Shown here piece by piece: positions 50,560 through 64,000 of a DNA stretch of 64,000 nucleotides (position 1 is its first letter; each line of letters begins with the position of its first letter). A model generated the notes under the pieces. That model did not search any database. It worked only from the letters and a program-made list of their open reading frames with translations, and was not told where the DNA came from. Source of the DNA: Octopus sinensis (taxonomy: Eukaryota); contig NC_043013.1 of the NCBI RefSeq assembly GCF_006345805.1, positions 31,744,001 through 31,808,000 on the forward strand, given 5' to 3'. A program made the position numbers and the translations under genes.

Positions 50560-53500
50560 ATATAGGTGTGTGTGTTGAAGTTTTATTCTATTTAATTAGG
50601 CACATGATAATAAGGAAAACAATTGAAAACGATGTTGTCACTCTTAATACTTTCTCGACTATATGATCCGAATACGGTGTTACAAGACACAAGGCTTTAG
50701 TCATAGATAGCTGCAGTAAAGAAGAGTCTGACCGATTGCGTGGAAGGAGACATTCTTTCACATTCACTCTTCCCTATTTTTCTGGAAAAGGACCGACGTG
50801 ACTAACCTAAATTTGAAATGACGGAAAAATCAGAGTATAGAATGTTTGAAACACCAACTCAGAATAGTAATTCTTCAAACTCGGTAGTCCAGGTTTCCTT
50901 ATAATTGTGCATATTAGTGGAAAATATGGCAAATATATTTAGTTATAAGTATAGAAGATTTAAGAAATATATAATAAATGTTTTGCTACTTAATTATAAC
51001 AAAGCTTTTGTTATAAGATTCTAAACCAAAAATTAAATAAAAACTCAATGTACAACATTGATGCGTTTCCGAAGATATAAACTATATTTATTGCTTTATT
51101 TAGGTATTGCTTAATTCATTGAACATTTCTTAATTGTAATGGTTGTCTTCATTGAATATTTTCCTTATTGTTTTCCAATACGACCATAACACATCGACCA
51201 ATTAAAATGTCGAAGTTTATAAGAGGGTGAGTGGCCTTCATAATTGCTTACCTCCGTTACACTTCACACATTCTATCCATAATACCAAAATATAATCATT
51301 CATTGACACCAATATACAGGCATCCGGTATTATAGATTTCTGGGCACTGCTCGGCTTATCAACTTAATCGTAAATGTTGCAGATAAATTTGATATAAGTT
51401 TACAAGATTGTCATTTATGATAAAAGTGAATGTGGACATCTATGCTTGAAACCGTGAAGAAAAATTCAAATATGTTCCCATATGTGCTGTAGAGAGAAGG
51501 ACTTTGTAGTGCCGGTTATTCTACTTCGACATGAACAACCATATAACTCCACCAAAATTATAACCATCACCATCAATACTACCACTACTACTGCTACTAC
51601 TACAGCCCCCACTGCCACTAATTCTACAACCGCCGCCGCCACCACCACTACAGCTACTATTGTTGAGGAATTTCATGTCAAATATCTGCACTTTCAATCC
51701 TAAACGAGGACCTATTTCTACAACATACGAATAACAGCATAAAATGTATGAATAAATTTAAAAGTATTCTCTCACACTCCACAAGTTTAAGAAATTGAAG
51801 AATTGTTGCTCTCAAAGAAATACTAACAATACATTTGTAAATGTCTATAGTTATTTTGAAACATACATTTTCTCTCTTATCGAGATATGTTTTCTTTTAT
51901 TTTGTCGTAGAATTTTTCCACTGTCTGGAACCATTATAAATTATGTCTTAATATCTATTTTATTTGCGATTCAAAAAAGTTATTTCTTCCGTTGGCAAAC
52001 TTACTCGTTTTACTTTTAACATTTATTTATATTTTGTTATCTAATGGCGTATGAGATCAATTAGGTACTTTTTTCATATAAATGATAGTCTTTTATTAGA
52101 TAACCAAGCACGTTACTAAGTTACTGTTACTGTAAACTAGAAGTATATTCATATGTAAGATATTGAACAGTAATTGCTAGTTCTTTACTGTGTATGATCG
52201 AATCTGGTTAACATATTTATCTTTGAATTCCCAGTCCGTACAAATAAATAAATAAAAAGTGGGATAAATTAAGCATTACTACACTCACAGTGTTATACGT
52301 GAAATATCAATTTCCACATAAGAAAAGTCAGCATGCGTATCCATCCATTAAAACTTTTCTTGACTTAAGATGCTAAATCTAAATCTTAGATCTCTATTCG
52401 TTAAATCTTTAATAAATTTCACAACAAGAATACCGTTTACGTGCGTCTGTGTGTGTATATATGCTGCTCTTTGTAAATTCGTATTTAGAAATATACATGT
52501 ACATGTATGCCTAGGTGTGAGTGTGTGTGAGAGGGAGAGAGAGGGGAGAATCAGAGACAGATAGACAGACAGAGGAAAGGAGACTTTACCGATGAACATA
52601 CATTTTAGGGCTATCATTTATTCTTATTACAGTTTGAAACAGCATCTGAAAGATGTTTTTTTTTAACCATGTTATTTATTCCAAATTGGTTTCATACGCA
52701 TTCTATTAATTACCATGTCTACAAGAAACGCGAAATGAAATTGATTTTTTTGTTTTTGCATTTATTAGCTGACAACGAAACTTCATTATCGTAAATTTCT
52801 TTTTCAGGTAAATTGTCGGCTTTTTGAAATTTAAATAGTTTATGGATTCAGTTTTTGCCACGTTCACCATTTAAATTTTGAAAGCCTTAACTACTTAGAC
52901 ATTTCAATTAGCTTAAACAATGGTTCAAATAAGAACACAAAGAAAAATAAATTGTATTGAATTTCATTACAAATTTGAAGATACGCCAAAGGAAAATGCA
53001 CAATTACTCATAGTTTTAAAATATATATATGAGGCGTTTAAACATAACTCTTGGCTCCGGTGGAACGTTGTCCTGTTTCGTGAAATTGAATGGAAATTCA
53101 TATTTCCCTTCGGAGAATGCTTCCTGTGTAGAAAATATATAATTCTTTGTTTCGTTTAGAACATAATCATGTATAAGAAGACACCATGGTAATGCCGTTA
53201 GTAGGAGAGATTAGAAAAGTAATGGAGGAGGAAGAAATATTGTAACTAAATAAATTAAGAGAAGTTAAGAAAAATTAAATGAAGTTAAAACTAGTTAAAA
53301 ATATGAAAAGAAAACGTGAAAAGATTTTTAGAAAATGCATTCTTTTTTTTCAATCTCAACAATCGCCTAAAGGCAAATAAAAATTTTAAAGCTTGATAAA
53401 CTTACAAAAAAAAACCCAACAAAATCTTTCTAGAACAATTCACAAAATCTCAAAAATTCTCAAAGAATGTCAAATAATTCAAAAGTTTCAGAGTTTTTAC

Positions 53501-53997
53501 TTTTTTCTTTATCGATGTTTGAGAATACTTTAAAGACATTCTAAAACCTTTTCACCTTTTCATGTCTTAAATGGTTTTAATTTCGTTTAACCTCTCTTAA
53601 CTTCTTTTAATTCATTCATTTACTGTATTTCATTCTCCTCCTACTAACAGCGATACTCTTAAGACTATAATATACTATAACCATTTTGCCTGAGAGTCAG
53701 CAGCACAATAGAACATAATCTTTGCAGTAAGAAATACATTACTTGAAGAATGGATCGTTGAGAAGAAATGGAAATATAAAAAGTATCTGAAGAACAAATA
53801 ATCGTACTAACTTAGCAACTGAAGAAATAAAATGGGATACTTCCACAGCAAAAATACAAAACCTAGATTCTTTATTCAGCTGTAATTCTTGCATAACGAT
53901 TACATACACAAACATACGAACGCACGAACGCAAACACGCAAACACATAAAGACTCACACACGCACACATACACATGGACACATACATTCATACATGC

Positions 53998-54086
<89 letters not shown>

Positions 54087-54539
54087 GTATATACATATAT
54101 ATGTATCTATTTATATTATATATATATATACACATACATACATACATATATATATATATATAGATGCCTGCGTCCGTACGCACATATCTATTTATATGTG
54201 AAAAAAAAAGAAATGGAATTTATAGCAATAATAAGTTATTAATGGATAATGCAAAATAGACAATGCAAATAGTAATATATCTGAACCGAATACCTTCCAT
54301 TTTTACCCACCTTCAACGTTATCTATTTTGTAAACAAATATAGCGCAAATCATTTTCCACTGATAAAGAAATACATACTTTCCCTACATTTTAACAATAA
54401 CGTGTAGACAAGCAGCGTATTCAAAAGGTTCTTATTTCGTACAAATACTCGCCGGTTCGTGTTTAAAATCATTTATTCTCCTTATATATTTACGTAATAT
54501 AAAATGTTGTAACATGAAACTTAAGATTATATTCTATGC

Positions 54540-54597
<58 letters not shown>

Positions 54598-55619
54598 TAT
54601 GCGCTCTTTCCAAGCCTAGCCAGGACAATAAGGATTACATTAGGATACGTTTAGGATACTCAGAATATATAGTCATGTTTATTACGTATGTCTGTATATC
54701 TGTGTGCGCACGCATGCTTTAAAATTATTATTTTTATTGAACTTAAAATAAAAGTTATAATTTTAACGCATGAGTGCACACATGGAAAGGTAATAATTAA
54801 GAAATGTATCTAATTCTGTCATAAATAATGCGTCATATGAATGCCTTTTTTCCAAATAATAAAAACTTACAAACAAAAACAAAAATAATTTCGTATAGTC
54901 TAATTCCTCGCCATATCGCGGTTTATCTATTGCGGTTTATTATTTAAGCTTACGTCGACTCCTCTGTGGCGTTGTTTTGCATGTATAATAAAATAAATAT
55001 ATACCAATTATAAAAACAGTAATCAAAAACATACAATACAGTAATGTTTCCCCTCTCATACATCCCACTCGCAATTTTTGGAATGATTAAATAATATGTT
55101 TGGGATACATAATACATATATAGGATACAATCAAATCTAACATATTTAAGTTATCATTTAAAGAGAAATACAGGTTATTTAAATATTTATAACATTTAGG
55201 ATTGAAGGAAATTGATCATTTTCAAAATGGCTTTCGTATAGTGACTGCTGTCATTTCGAAGAAAATTAGTTTCCGAAATGGAAAGCAATCTCATTAAATA
55301 CTTTTATTTATTGCCTCTGGTAAACGATTGGAAATTTTTTAGCGTCCTGAAACATATATTGAATTAAATCCCATGAATGCCATTCTCAATAAAAGTGTGT
55401 GGTACACTTTCTATCATAAGCATTTTTGATAGAACATTAATTTCTATTTGATGTCATAGCCAACTTTTTAAAATTTTTCATTTAAAACCTGAATAAGTGT
55501 CGCCCATTAAGGATGATTATGATTGGCTTGCAAAGCACGAAAATATGATCATTGTTGCCAGATTTGGAATAGTTTCAAAATGTAAAAATGATTCCAGTCC
55601 ATATTATTAGACAGATATC

Positions 55620-56590
55620 AGCACTGTGTACATGAGAGGCCATATTTTCCAAAATTAGCCTGTTGTCCATATTTTCCAAAATTAGCCGGTTATCCATATT
55701 TTACAAAATTACCTTGTGACCATGTTGGAACCATGCTGAAGTCAAGCTGGAGCCAGGGAGACTGCCCTTATGATAATCATTCTTATGTGGTTAGCTTTGG
55801 TGCGTGAGGGAGTGTTTTTTGTGTGATGATGGTTCATTTGGGATCTTGGACAACATAACGTTAAGTTGCTTGTAGAAAACATCTTCTCCCTCACCATGAA
55901 GATCTCTTACACTTTTGACATGATATCAAGTAGCCAATTCCATGGTATTCCAGATGGGAATATTGGGATCTATGGAACAGTGAACTAGCGTCATGTTCTG
56001 GGACTGGTATAACTCATAATGCCAACATTTCATACCGATCCTCTAGGACCTTGGATTTGTATATTACCGCATATCTGTCTCTTCGTGAAACTGAGCAGAG
56101 TCGTAATCCCTTCGGTTTCTCCCAGTAGCTCAATTGTTTCAATGATGCAGTCTCCTCCCAGTAGCTCAAGTTTGTCATTCATGCAATCTTCTTGGTTTAG
56201 TACTGCTAAACTGTTTCAAGTCCCGCTATTAATTTGACACCCTGAAGTAATCTTAGTTGAGAGCAAGAGGTCGGATGGATATGGAAAAATGTCCTCCATA
56301 TGTCCAGCAGTGTTTCTTAGCCCCTTGTTCTGAAAGGTCTCAGATGTGCATCCAGTCATTCCCCAGCAGATTGCCATTTTTGGTGATGTATATCAAACGA
56401 TGCATTGCTACAATCCCCAGGTCACATAATCTGTTCGACTCTATTTTTTATTTGTTCCGGCCTTTTTGCACAAAATGGCAGATAGCCGAGTGTTTGGAAT
56501 ATTTCTACATTAAATTACATTTTCATATGGCATCTATATCTACCTGTAGAGAATACTCGACTACTTGTGCTACCTTTGTGGGTTCTTCCT
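55620..56590 (-). mobile_element. Old CR1/L2-like LINE RT C-terminal fragment
   Basis: Frameshifted remnants collinear with the 13080-14050 copy (LQVDIDAI, FNVEIFQTLGY, DLGI, GW..RTFRT, SYWE, RYAVIY). Confidence 0.65.
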
Positions 56591-56841
56591 AGCTAGCTGG
56601 GCTGCGCGTGTTACTGACTGCGTGTCTGAGAAAGCCACACTACAAACAGCAGGGGCCTCAAAACAGTCTCTTTATGCACCGACTCACACATAATGACGAC
56701 TTTGAGGAGTATTAACGTATACATATATATATTTGTAAATGTACATGCATATGCAGATACATACATACATACATAAATACATACATACATACTAACATAC
56801 ATCTCTCTCTTTCTCTCTCTCTCTTGCTCGCTCTCTCTCTG

Positions 56842-56877
<36 letters not shown>

Positions 56878-57518
56878 ACGAAAATGATGTATGCAATTAT
56901 GTACTTTCGTATATGTACATATGTATGAATTATATAATTTAAGGATCTCAGACATACGATGATATAAAATAGTTTCTTCTTTTCTTGGATATGGCTATAT
57001 CTAAAATTATTTCATCTTACAGATGATTAAATATATATTTACAACGATACCAATGTAATCGAAAACATTTGCGTTATCATGAATATACGTATATTAGAGA
57101 GGAAAATATTAAATGATTTGATGTTAGATGTTATTAATATGAAATAGCGTGAAACACTGTATCCATAATATGTGTTTATATATGGTGTATTTTATTTTGT
57201 TTCCGAAGCAACTACGAGTAAGATAATAATATCCAGCAACACGTAGAAATTCGTTTTGTTATCTGCAGAGGAAAATATAATATTGCTTCTAAAATAAATA
57301 CATTTATGTTCAAATATTATTAAGATACAATATATATGTTAACGTTTCTTAAATAAGTTTTAATTGACAATATTCCCTCAAATATTATTTGTTGAACTAC
57401 TCCTTTTATATTTTACGAAACTGTTATTAAATTATATTATATCTTGAAGCCATTATTTATATTTCAGAACCATAATCTTCAAATGAAAATATATTTTATT
57501 CAACATGAATCTATAGAA

Positions 57519-57519
<1 letters not shown>

Positions 57520-57584
<65 letters not shown>

Positions 57585-57771
57585 TATATATATATATATA
57601 TAATATAATATAATATAATATAATATAATATAATATAATATAAACATATAAATATAATATAAATATATATATATATATATTATATATATATATATATATA
57701 ATATATATAATATAATATAATATAATATAATATAATATAATATAGATATATATATATAGAGAGAGAGATAC

Positions 57772-57804
<33 letters not shown>

Positions 57805-57810
57805 AGTATA
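57520..57810. repeat. (TA)n/(TAATA)n/(GA)n compound microsatellite
   Basis: Pentamer TAATA runs embedded in (TA)n. Confidence 0.9.
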
Positions 57811-58959
57811 TACAGTGTACACAGGCACGAACACACACACACGCATACACACACATACACACACACACATATAAAGAAAACAGAAAATGGAGAAATATTG
57901 ATGAACAACAATTGCCTTACATCAATTATTATTTATTAATTCCAATACAAATAGACTGCCTCCATTCTAACATCTGTTTCTGCTGCCAATGTTTTATGGT
58001 ATTGCCATTGATATGGTAAAAATATTTATCGTATTTGGAAATCAACCGATCTCAAGCATTGTGCTTTATCAGAGTGAAGAATAAATAAAAAAGGAAGAAA
58101 AAAAAAGAAAATCATACCGTTTTGCTTATGTATCTATTTGGAACGTTAAGTAACTGACTAAATTTAAAATAGTATTTGGTGGATTAATCCTTTGTATTTG
58201 GTGGATTAATCCTAGGATAGATAAATAATAACAAAATAAAAGATCACATTGGGACACACTCATACGTTTTAGTCGGCGAAGGGGTAAAGATACAATAGGG
58301 CTTTAAATTAAAATTAATAATTTTTATAATTATATTTATAGTACTAATTAATAATATTTATCATAAAATGCTAATAGATTAAATGTAATTTTTATTTAAT
58401 AGGACGTGGTTGAGCCCTTCCACCTGTTGTCCGAAGTGAGATAGGCCAAGGTCCAACGTTCGATATAATTGATCAGTTGAAATTTCAAAACAAATTACCA
58501 GCTATTGAGAGTGTTATACGGTGTAGGATAAACAAATGAATGGGAAAATTGGGTAAGCTGTAAAGAACACGAAAACCCTTAGGACAATATCTACTAGATT
58601 AAAATAATAAGTATTATGTAATAAATATTCAGAGGCAAACTTGTTTGGACATTTAGGAAATAAGAAGGGTGGGGGTGAACATGGTCCTGATGTTTTTTTA
58701 AATAGGCATGTGAAACTATTAAAAACAATGAAAAGAATTTATTCCGTAGGAAAATTTGGGAAATATTTATGGTCAAGGGGAGGTAATGACTAAGGTAAGT
58801 GGACTAAATTGGAGACATACATGTATGTATGTTGAAACGATGATTAAACTAGAAAATTGTTCTATTCTACTCCGTTTTTATTTCAATTTATAAATGTGTG
58901 TGTGTGCGCGGGTGTGCGTACGTGTGCGAGAGAGAGAGAGAGAGAGAGAGGAGAAAGAG

Positions 58960-59090
58960 GTGTGTCTATGGTAAGATGTTTGCTTCCCAACTTCATGGTC
59001 CCCGGTTCAGTCCCACGGCGTTGCATTTGGGTAAATGTCTTCTAATATAACCTCTGACCCAAGCCGTGGGAATGGATTTGGAAACTCAAC
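58960..59090 (+). mobile_element. SINE family B head, degenerate
   Basis: GGTAAGATGTTTGCTTCCCAAC...CCGGTTCAGTCCCAC...TTGGGTAAATGTCTTCT. Confidence 0.7.
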
Positions 59091-59207
59091 CTTCATAACT
59101 TCTGTTTCATTTAATGACTTAATGAATATTTCTTCCAAACGCTTCCTTATCCCTAATATTTGTTTCAAATTTTGGTAAAGTAATTTTGGTGAAACTGAAT
59201 ACTCGGT

Positions 59208-59345
59208 TACATCGACCCCAGTGCTCAACTGGTACTTATTTTATCGACCCCGAAGGATGAATGTCGACCTCGGCGAAATTTGAACTTACTACATAAAGAC
59301 GGACGAAATACTGTAAAACATTTTGCCCGGCGTGCAAACGATTCT
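59208..59345 (-). mobile_element. SINE family A fragment
   Basis: CTGGTACTTATTTTATCGACCCCGAAGGATGAATGTCGACCTCGGCG. Confidence 0.8.
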
Positions 59346-59381
59346 TTGTCCTTAATATTAAATTTAAACGTTTCTTTATGC

Positions 59382-59458
<77 letters not shown>

Positions 59459-60756
59459 GTCTGTCTCGCTGTCTGTCTGTCTCGCTGACTCTCTGTATGT
59501 ATGTAGGTGTAACCAACTATCTGTTTAGGAATGCTTTCTCACGATTTTATGGAGGACGTTTTGAAAAATTATTCTCTAGTAATTCGGGATTATTTGCAGT
59601 TCATTTAATTCTGATTTCATTTCATGCAGACAACAGCTTCACCTTCAATCCTTCCTGGTTGAAATACTCGGGTGATGTTATGGCTTTCTTTTTCTCTACA
59701 AGTGCTTTTGTATTGTGCCTATGTAAGGGAATTTTGTCATCATATTTGCCAAAGTATTTTGACATCGTACGCGTTTTTATTTTGAGATTATCCTTGATTT
59801 CGTTTTGTGACTCTAGTATTTGTGTATATCTATATACATATTCATGCAATAAATGTACGCATCACTATTTTCCAATGAATGTGTGGTGTTTTCGTTACGA
59901 TATTGAATATGGGTAATTATTGTTGCTGTGGCTTCCTGTTTAATTTTCTGGTATTCATATATATCTGTAAACATTTGTTGATGATAAATACACGTACATC
60001 TGATTGCCTCTAACTATTTGATTTTTCTTCGGGTTTTCTATATACGGGTAGATAATATTGGTGTGGGGCTTTGTCTTTATTTTCAGATCATCTCTCATGT
60101 GCATTTATAATTTTTACTCTCGGTTTGCACCTATCTACACATGCGCACACCACACACATACTGATGTTGCTCTTGGTAATCGTTACTTCTCAATAATTTC
60201 TCCGCTGCTGGCTCTCTCCCAACTCTTTCTATAAACACAGCTTCGCTTTTAATTTAGCACCAAGTTGTAGACAATCAAATCATTTCTGCAGCTTTATCTA
60301 AAGATGTATCGAGTGTTATGTCATTAACAATGAAATATATTCTGATGTTCAATTTGCAAGATGATGATGTTAATAATTGTGTATTGCTATTGTATGTTCC
60401 AAACTTAATAAATTCCCCTCTTAACTATCAATCTTTAGGTATAAACACACATCCGTTCATTTTTAAATGAAACTTAACAACAGATGCTACTTTGAAGTTG
60501 CTTTGATAAGTATTATTTCTATTAAAAGACATTTTATTACACCGAAGTGTGTTTCATAGCTTTTCTATTTGCTACATTTTTATCGATATTTCCTATTGTA
60601 ATATGCTTATCGTATTATGAATTATGGTTATTTTTATTCAAATTGTGGCTCTATGAGTTTTTATATCGTAAATAAACAGATCAAAAAATTTTAGGAGATA
60701 ACACTCTCATTTTCATACGATTCCTTTCCTTCACACACACACACACACACATATAT

Positions 60757-60828
<72 letters not shown>

Positions 60829-60864
60829 CATGTCTACAAACACACACACATATATATATATGTG

Positions 60865-60910
<46 letters not shown>

Positions 60911-61330
60911 TGTATGTATGTATACATATGTGCGTGTGTGTGCGTGCCTATGTAAGCTGTATATCGCCTCATGAAAGTTCACATCCTCAAAGAGTGTCAA
61001 GCTTACGTCAGATTGTTCTAGACTAATTTTAGTGGGAGACCCGTGAAACAAATACTGTGCAAGCGTCTCTCTTAAAATAAATAATTTCGCCAGTAAAAAT
61101 CTCTTGTTGGTTATTGTAAACACAACGAATGGGAAATCACTTTGAATAGACATGTTAGTCGTTCCTTGGTACTGAAATGTCGTCAACCATTTCAAATTAA
61201 CAATTGACACTAAGCCTCGATCTGACAGACTGGATGTCACTAGGTTATTATGCGTCACTTATATTTAAAATACAAGAGACATACATTACCACAAAAACAG
61301 GCAAATAGCTTGCTTCAACTTTATGTATAA

Positions 61331-61697
61331 CTAGCAGTATCGCCCGGCGTTGCTCGGGTTTGTAAGGGAAATAACTATATAAGCATTTTTAGAGATGTAA
61401 AGTATAATAGCCATCTCAATATGGCTAATCACAAAGGGGGTGGTGTTACTGTAGCTTTTTACGTTCTGAGATTACTTCCCTGAGTTACTTCCCTTATATA
61501 AGCCAAAAATGCATTAAAAATGCATTTTTAAATCGTAGACTCATCGTAGACGCGCGCTAATACCCAGAATGGCTCGATATGAATCACGTCTATAAGATAC
61601 CCGGTTTTGGTTAAACTGCACCGCAAAATGTGGGAGTAGTTAGGAATCTAAATCGTAGGAGACAGACAGCACACAACCTCACTTTTATATATAAAGA
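61331..61697 (-). mobile_element. Non-autonomous Helitron, copy 4 (367 bp)
   Basis: Minus strand reads A|TCTTTATATATAAAAGT...CCCGAGCAACGCCGGGCGATACTGCTAG|T. Confidence 0.9.
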
Positions 61698-63178
61698 TGT
61701 GTAGGCAGTTTACTTGGATGTGTTTCTCAGGCATTATTACGAATGAAACAACGCGGTGCATTATGCGTGGGCAGCGGGTAAGAAAGAAGTGTGTAGTTGT
61801 ACCAGGCAGCACCTTTTCAGTATTTTAATACACTTTAATAATTCACTTTATTCTGCTCTTCACACGTATACACTAGAATCACTGCGTCATGAACATTTTC
61901 CATTTACGATAGTTTGTGCTTTTAAGAGATTGACAATAAAATATTCTACAGAACAATCGATATAACTATGATCATTACCAGAAGTAGGTTACCTGTGGGA
62001 ATATTCCTGGGTACGAGTTGGTCAGTGGTACTTTCCATTCTTGTAACATACTCCTTTATTTAAATTCTTCATTGCAAATGTGAACTGCTATTATTTGTGG
62101 AAGCGAAAAATGTCAGCCATTGCCTCTCTGTTGATGGCATAAGCTGTATCCAGGTATCCAAGTAATATTCATAACATGAAACAGTTATAAATTGTTACAA
62201 CAACCAGACGGGTTATGGGAATGGACACCGGTGAGGATAAATGTTTATAATTGTTAATCAAACGAAAAATATTATATTGATAAGAGAACAACATGCATCC
62301 TGTAAGATTACATCCCATAATGCTTTCGTAGAACCAGTTGTTAGTGCCAACATTTTGGGACACTTGAGTGTTCAGGAAATTGGACATCATGATCAGAAAC
62401 AAACTGAAAACTACTGGTATTTTCGTCGACAATATTTGATTGTGGCAAGTTGTATTGTAAACGGATAGGTGGAGGTAGGCAAAGGTCGTTTCAGGCTTGG
62501 AATACCGCATCCTATAATTTAGAACATCTAAATAATTTACTGAACAACTCATGAGGAAACTAACAAATATTTGTGCTCAACAGCGAGAGTATTAACGTGG
62601 GATTGGGTGCATCACGACTGAATAGGCACTCCGAGACTACACAGCTGTTGAGTGAGCACAAAGTGTAGCTACGGAGAGATTACGAGAAAATACGGAGCCT
62701 GTTCCGCAATCAAAATGAATTTGTTAACATATAAACATTATATGTTATAAATGTACCCTCAAAAATATAATTGCGCAGTAATATAACTAAGAGACAACAT
62801 AAGAACATTTCATGGCAAGTCAAGTCAACAAGACTCCGATGCACACACACAAACACAAACACACACGCAGACATACATACAAACATAAATACACACACAA
62901 ACACACACACACACGCATATATATTCTTTTATTTGTTTCAATTGCTAGACTAATTATCAAAGTCCGATACTTATTCTATCGATTTCTGTTACCGAACAGC
63001 TAAGATTATATAGAGGTAGACAGAATACATTGGTTTGCAAGCCGTGGTGAGCAAAAGACACAGGCACAGACACAGACACGCGCACACAACCAAACATACA
63101 CACCACGCATGCACACAAAAAAAAATATATATATATATATATTATTTCATCCCCACTGCGTGAAATCTTGGGCAAGTG

Positions 63179-63227
<49 letters not shown>

Positions 63228-63243
63228 ATATATATATAGATAT

Positions 63244-63345
<102 letters not shown>

Positions 63346-64000
63346 GATAGATATAGATAGATAGATAGATAGATAGATAATGTATATGTATGTATATATG
63401 TATGTATGTGTGTATGTACAAATAAATGAAAAGGACTCGAAATATTACTAATTATTATTTCTAGCAACAATTTAAAAGTGAATCATATTTCGTAACGCTC
63501 CACCGTTAGTGTGAATGCTGTACTCTGAGTAAGTAGGCGTCTGATCGCCTCGCGAATATTAGTTACAATTGTATGCCGAGGAAAGCTTGTTCTCATGGAC
63601 TATTTCATGTCGTAAAATGTTTCACAGTTGCTCCTTGCCGATTGGAAGTTCTGCAGCTACATTTCTGGAAATAATGGATACTGCTCTCACAAATTTTCCG
63701 TGTTCTGCAAAGTAGAGTGTTTTACTGACACCAGTATCTCTTGAAATAAACGGGCGAAAGGTTCTGGATATTACTTGACGCTGGACACCTTAGGAGTGGC
63801 CCATGAGGCGTTGTCTTGAAGACGTTGAAATATTTCAATGAGATGCTGGTTTAATTCCAGTTTTTCCTGGGTGCTCCTGACAAAACATTAGTACATTATC
63901 CTCTATCCTCAAGATGCTGACTTATCCCAAATGCATTCCAACTATAATCGTTTCTATTTATATAGCCCTGAGTCGATTGAACCTGAAATCATTGTTATCA

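Noticed and set aside
55640-55712. 27-bp unit repeated about three times
   Set aside because: Short degenerate minisatellite with no spacers; not CRISPR-like.
59622-60105. 75-aa minus ORF and a nearby second D(D/N)LKIKT-encoding stretch
   Set aside because: Weak acceptor, upstream stops, and similarity too short to distinguish from chance.
62629-62676. Imperfect hairpin CTCCG..CTACAC/GTGTAG..CGGAG as a pre-miRNA
   Set aside because: Only 48 nt with large internal loops; too short and unstable.

Overview
AT-rich, microsatellite-saturated animal genomic DNA. The tRNA-headed SINE families and (TA)n/(GATA)n/(TAA)n load point to an octopod cephalopod (Octopus sp.; inference from recognised repeat families). 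No host protein-coding gene can be supported; most long ORFs in the track are microsatellite artefacts or decayed transposon frames, and only two weak orphan exon candidates remain. Recognisable content: four copies of a CR1/L2-like LINE, two R4/Dong-type RLE LINE fragments, two mariner (DD34D-type) remnants, one DD41D (rosa/Visitor) Tc1/mariner element, four complete non-autonomous Helitrons, about 25 SINE copies or fragments of four families, and a 502-bp composite-SINE triplication. The main unexplained signal is a set of small, mutually unrelated, non-coding elements that each carry a type I hammerhead ribozyme (HHR) fold. They lie at 3807-3853, 20754-20792, 29616-29661/30973-31018, 42589-42624, 46959-47017/47483-47541 and 50134-50173. 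Most sit in (TA)n or (TAA)n tracts with Penelope-like inverted and terminal-direct-repeat architecture, i.e. candidate octopus retrozyme or non-autonomous Penelope-like families. One family appears fused to a tRNA-derived (Pol III) head. All folds were derived by eye; no activity, copy number or database match has been tested.
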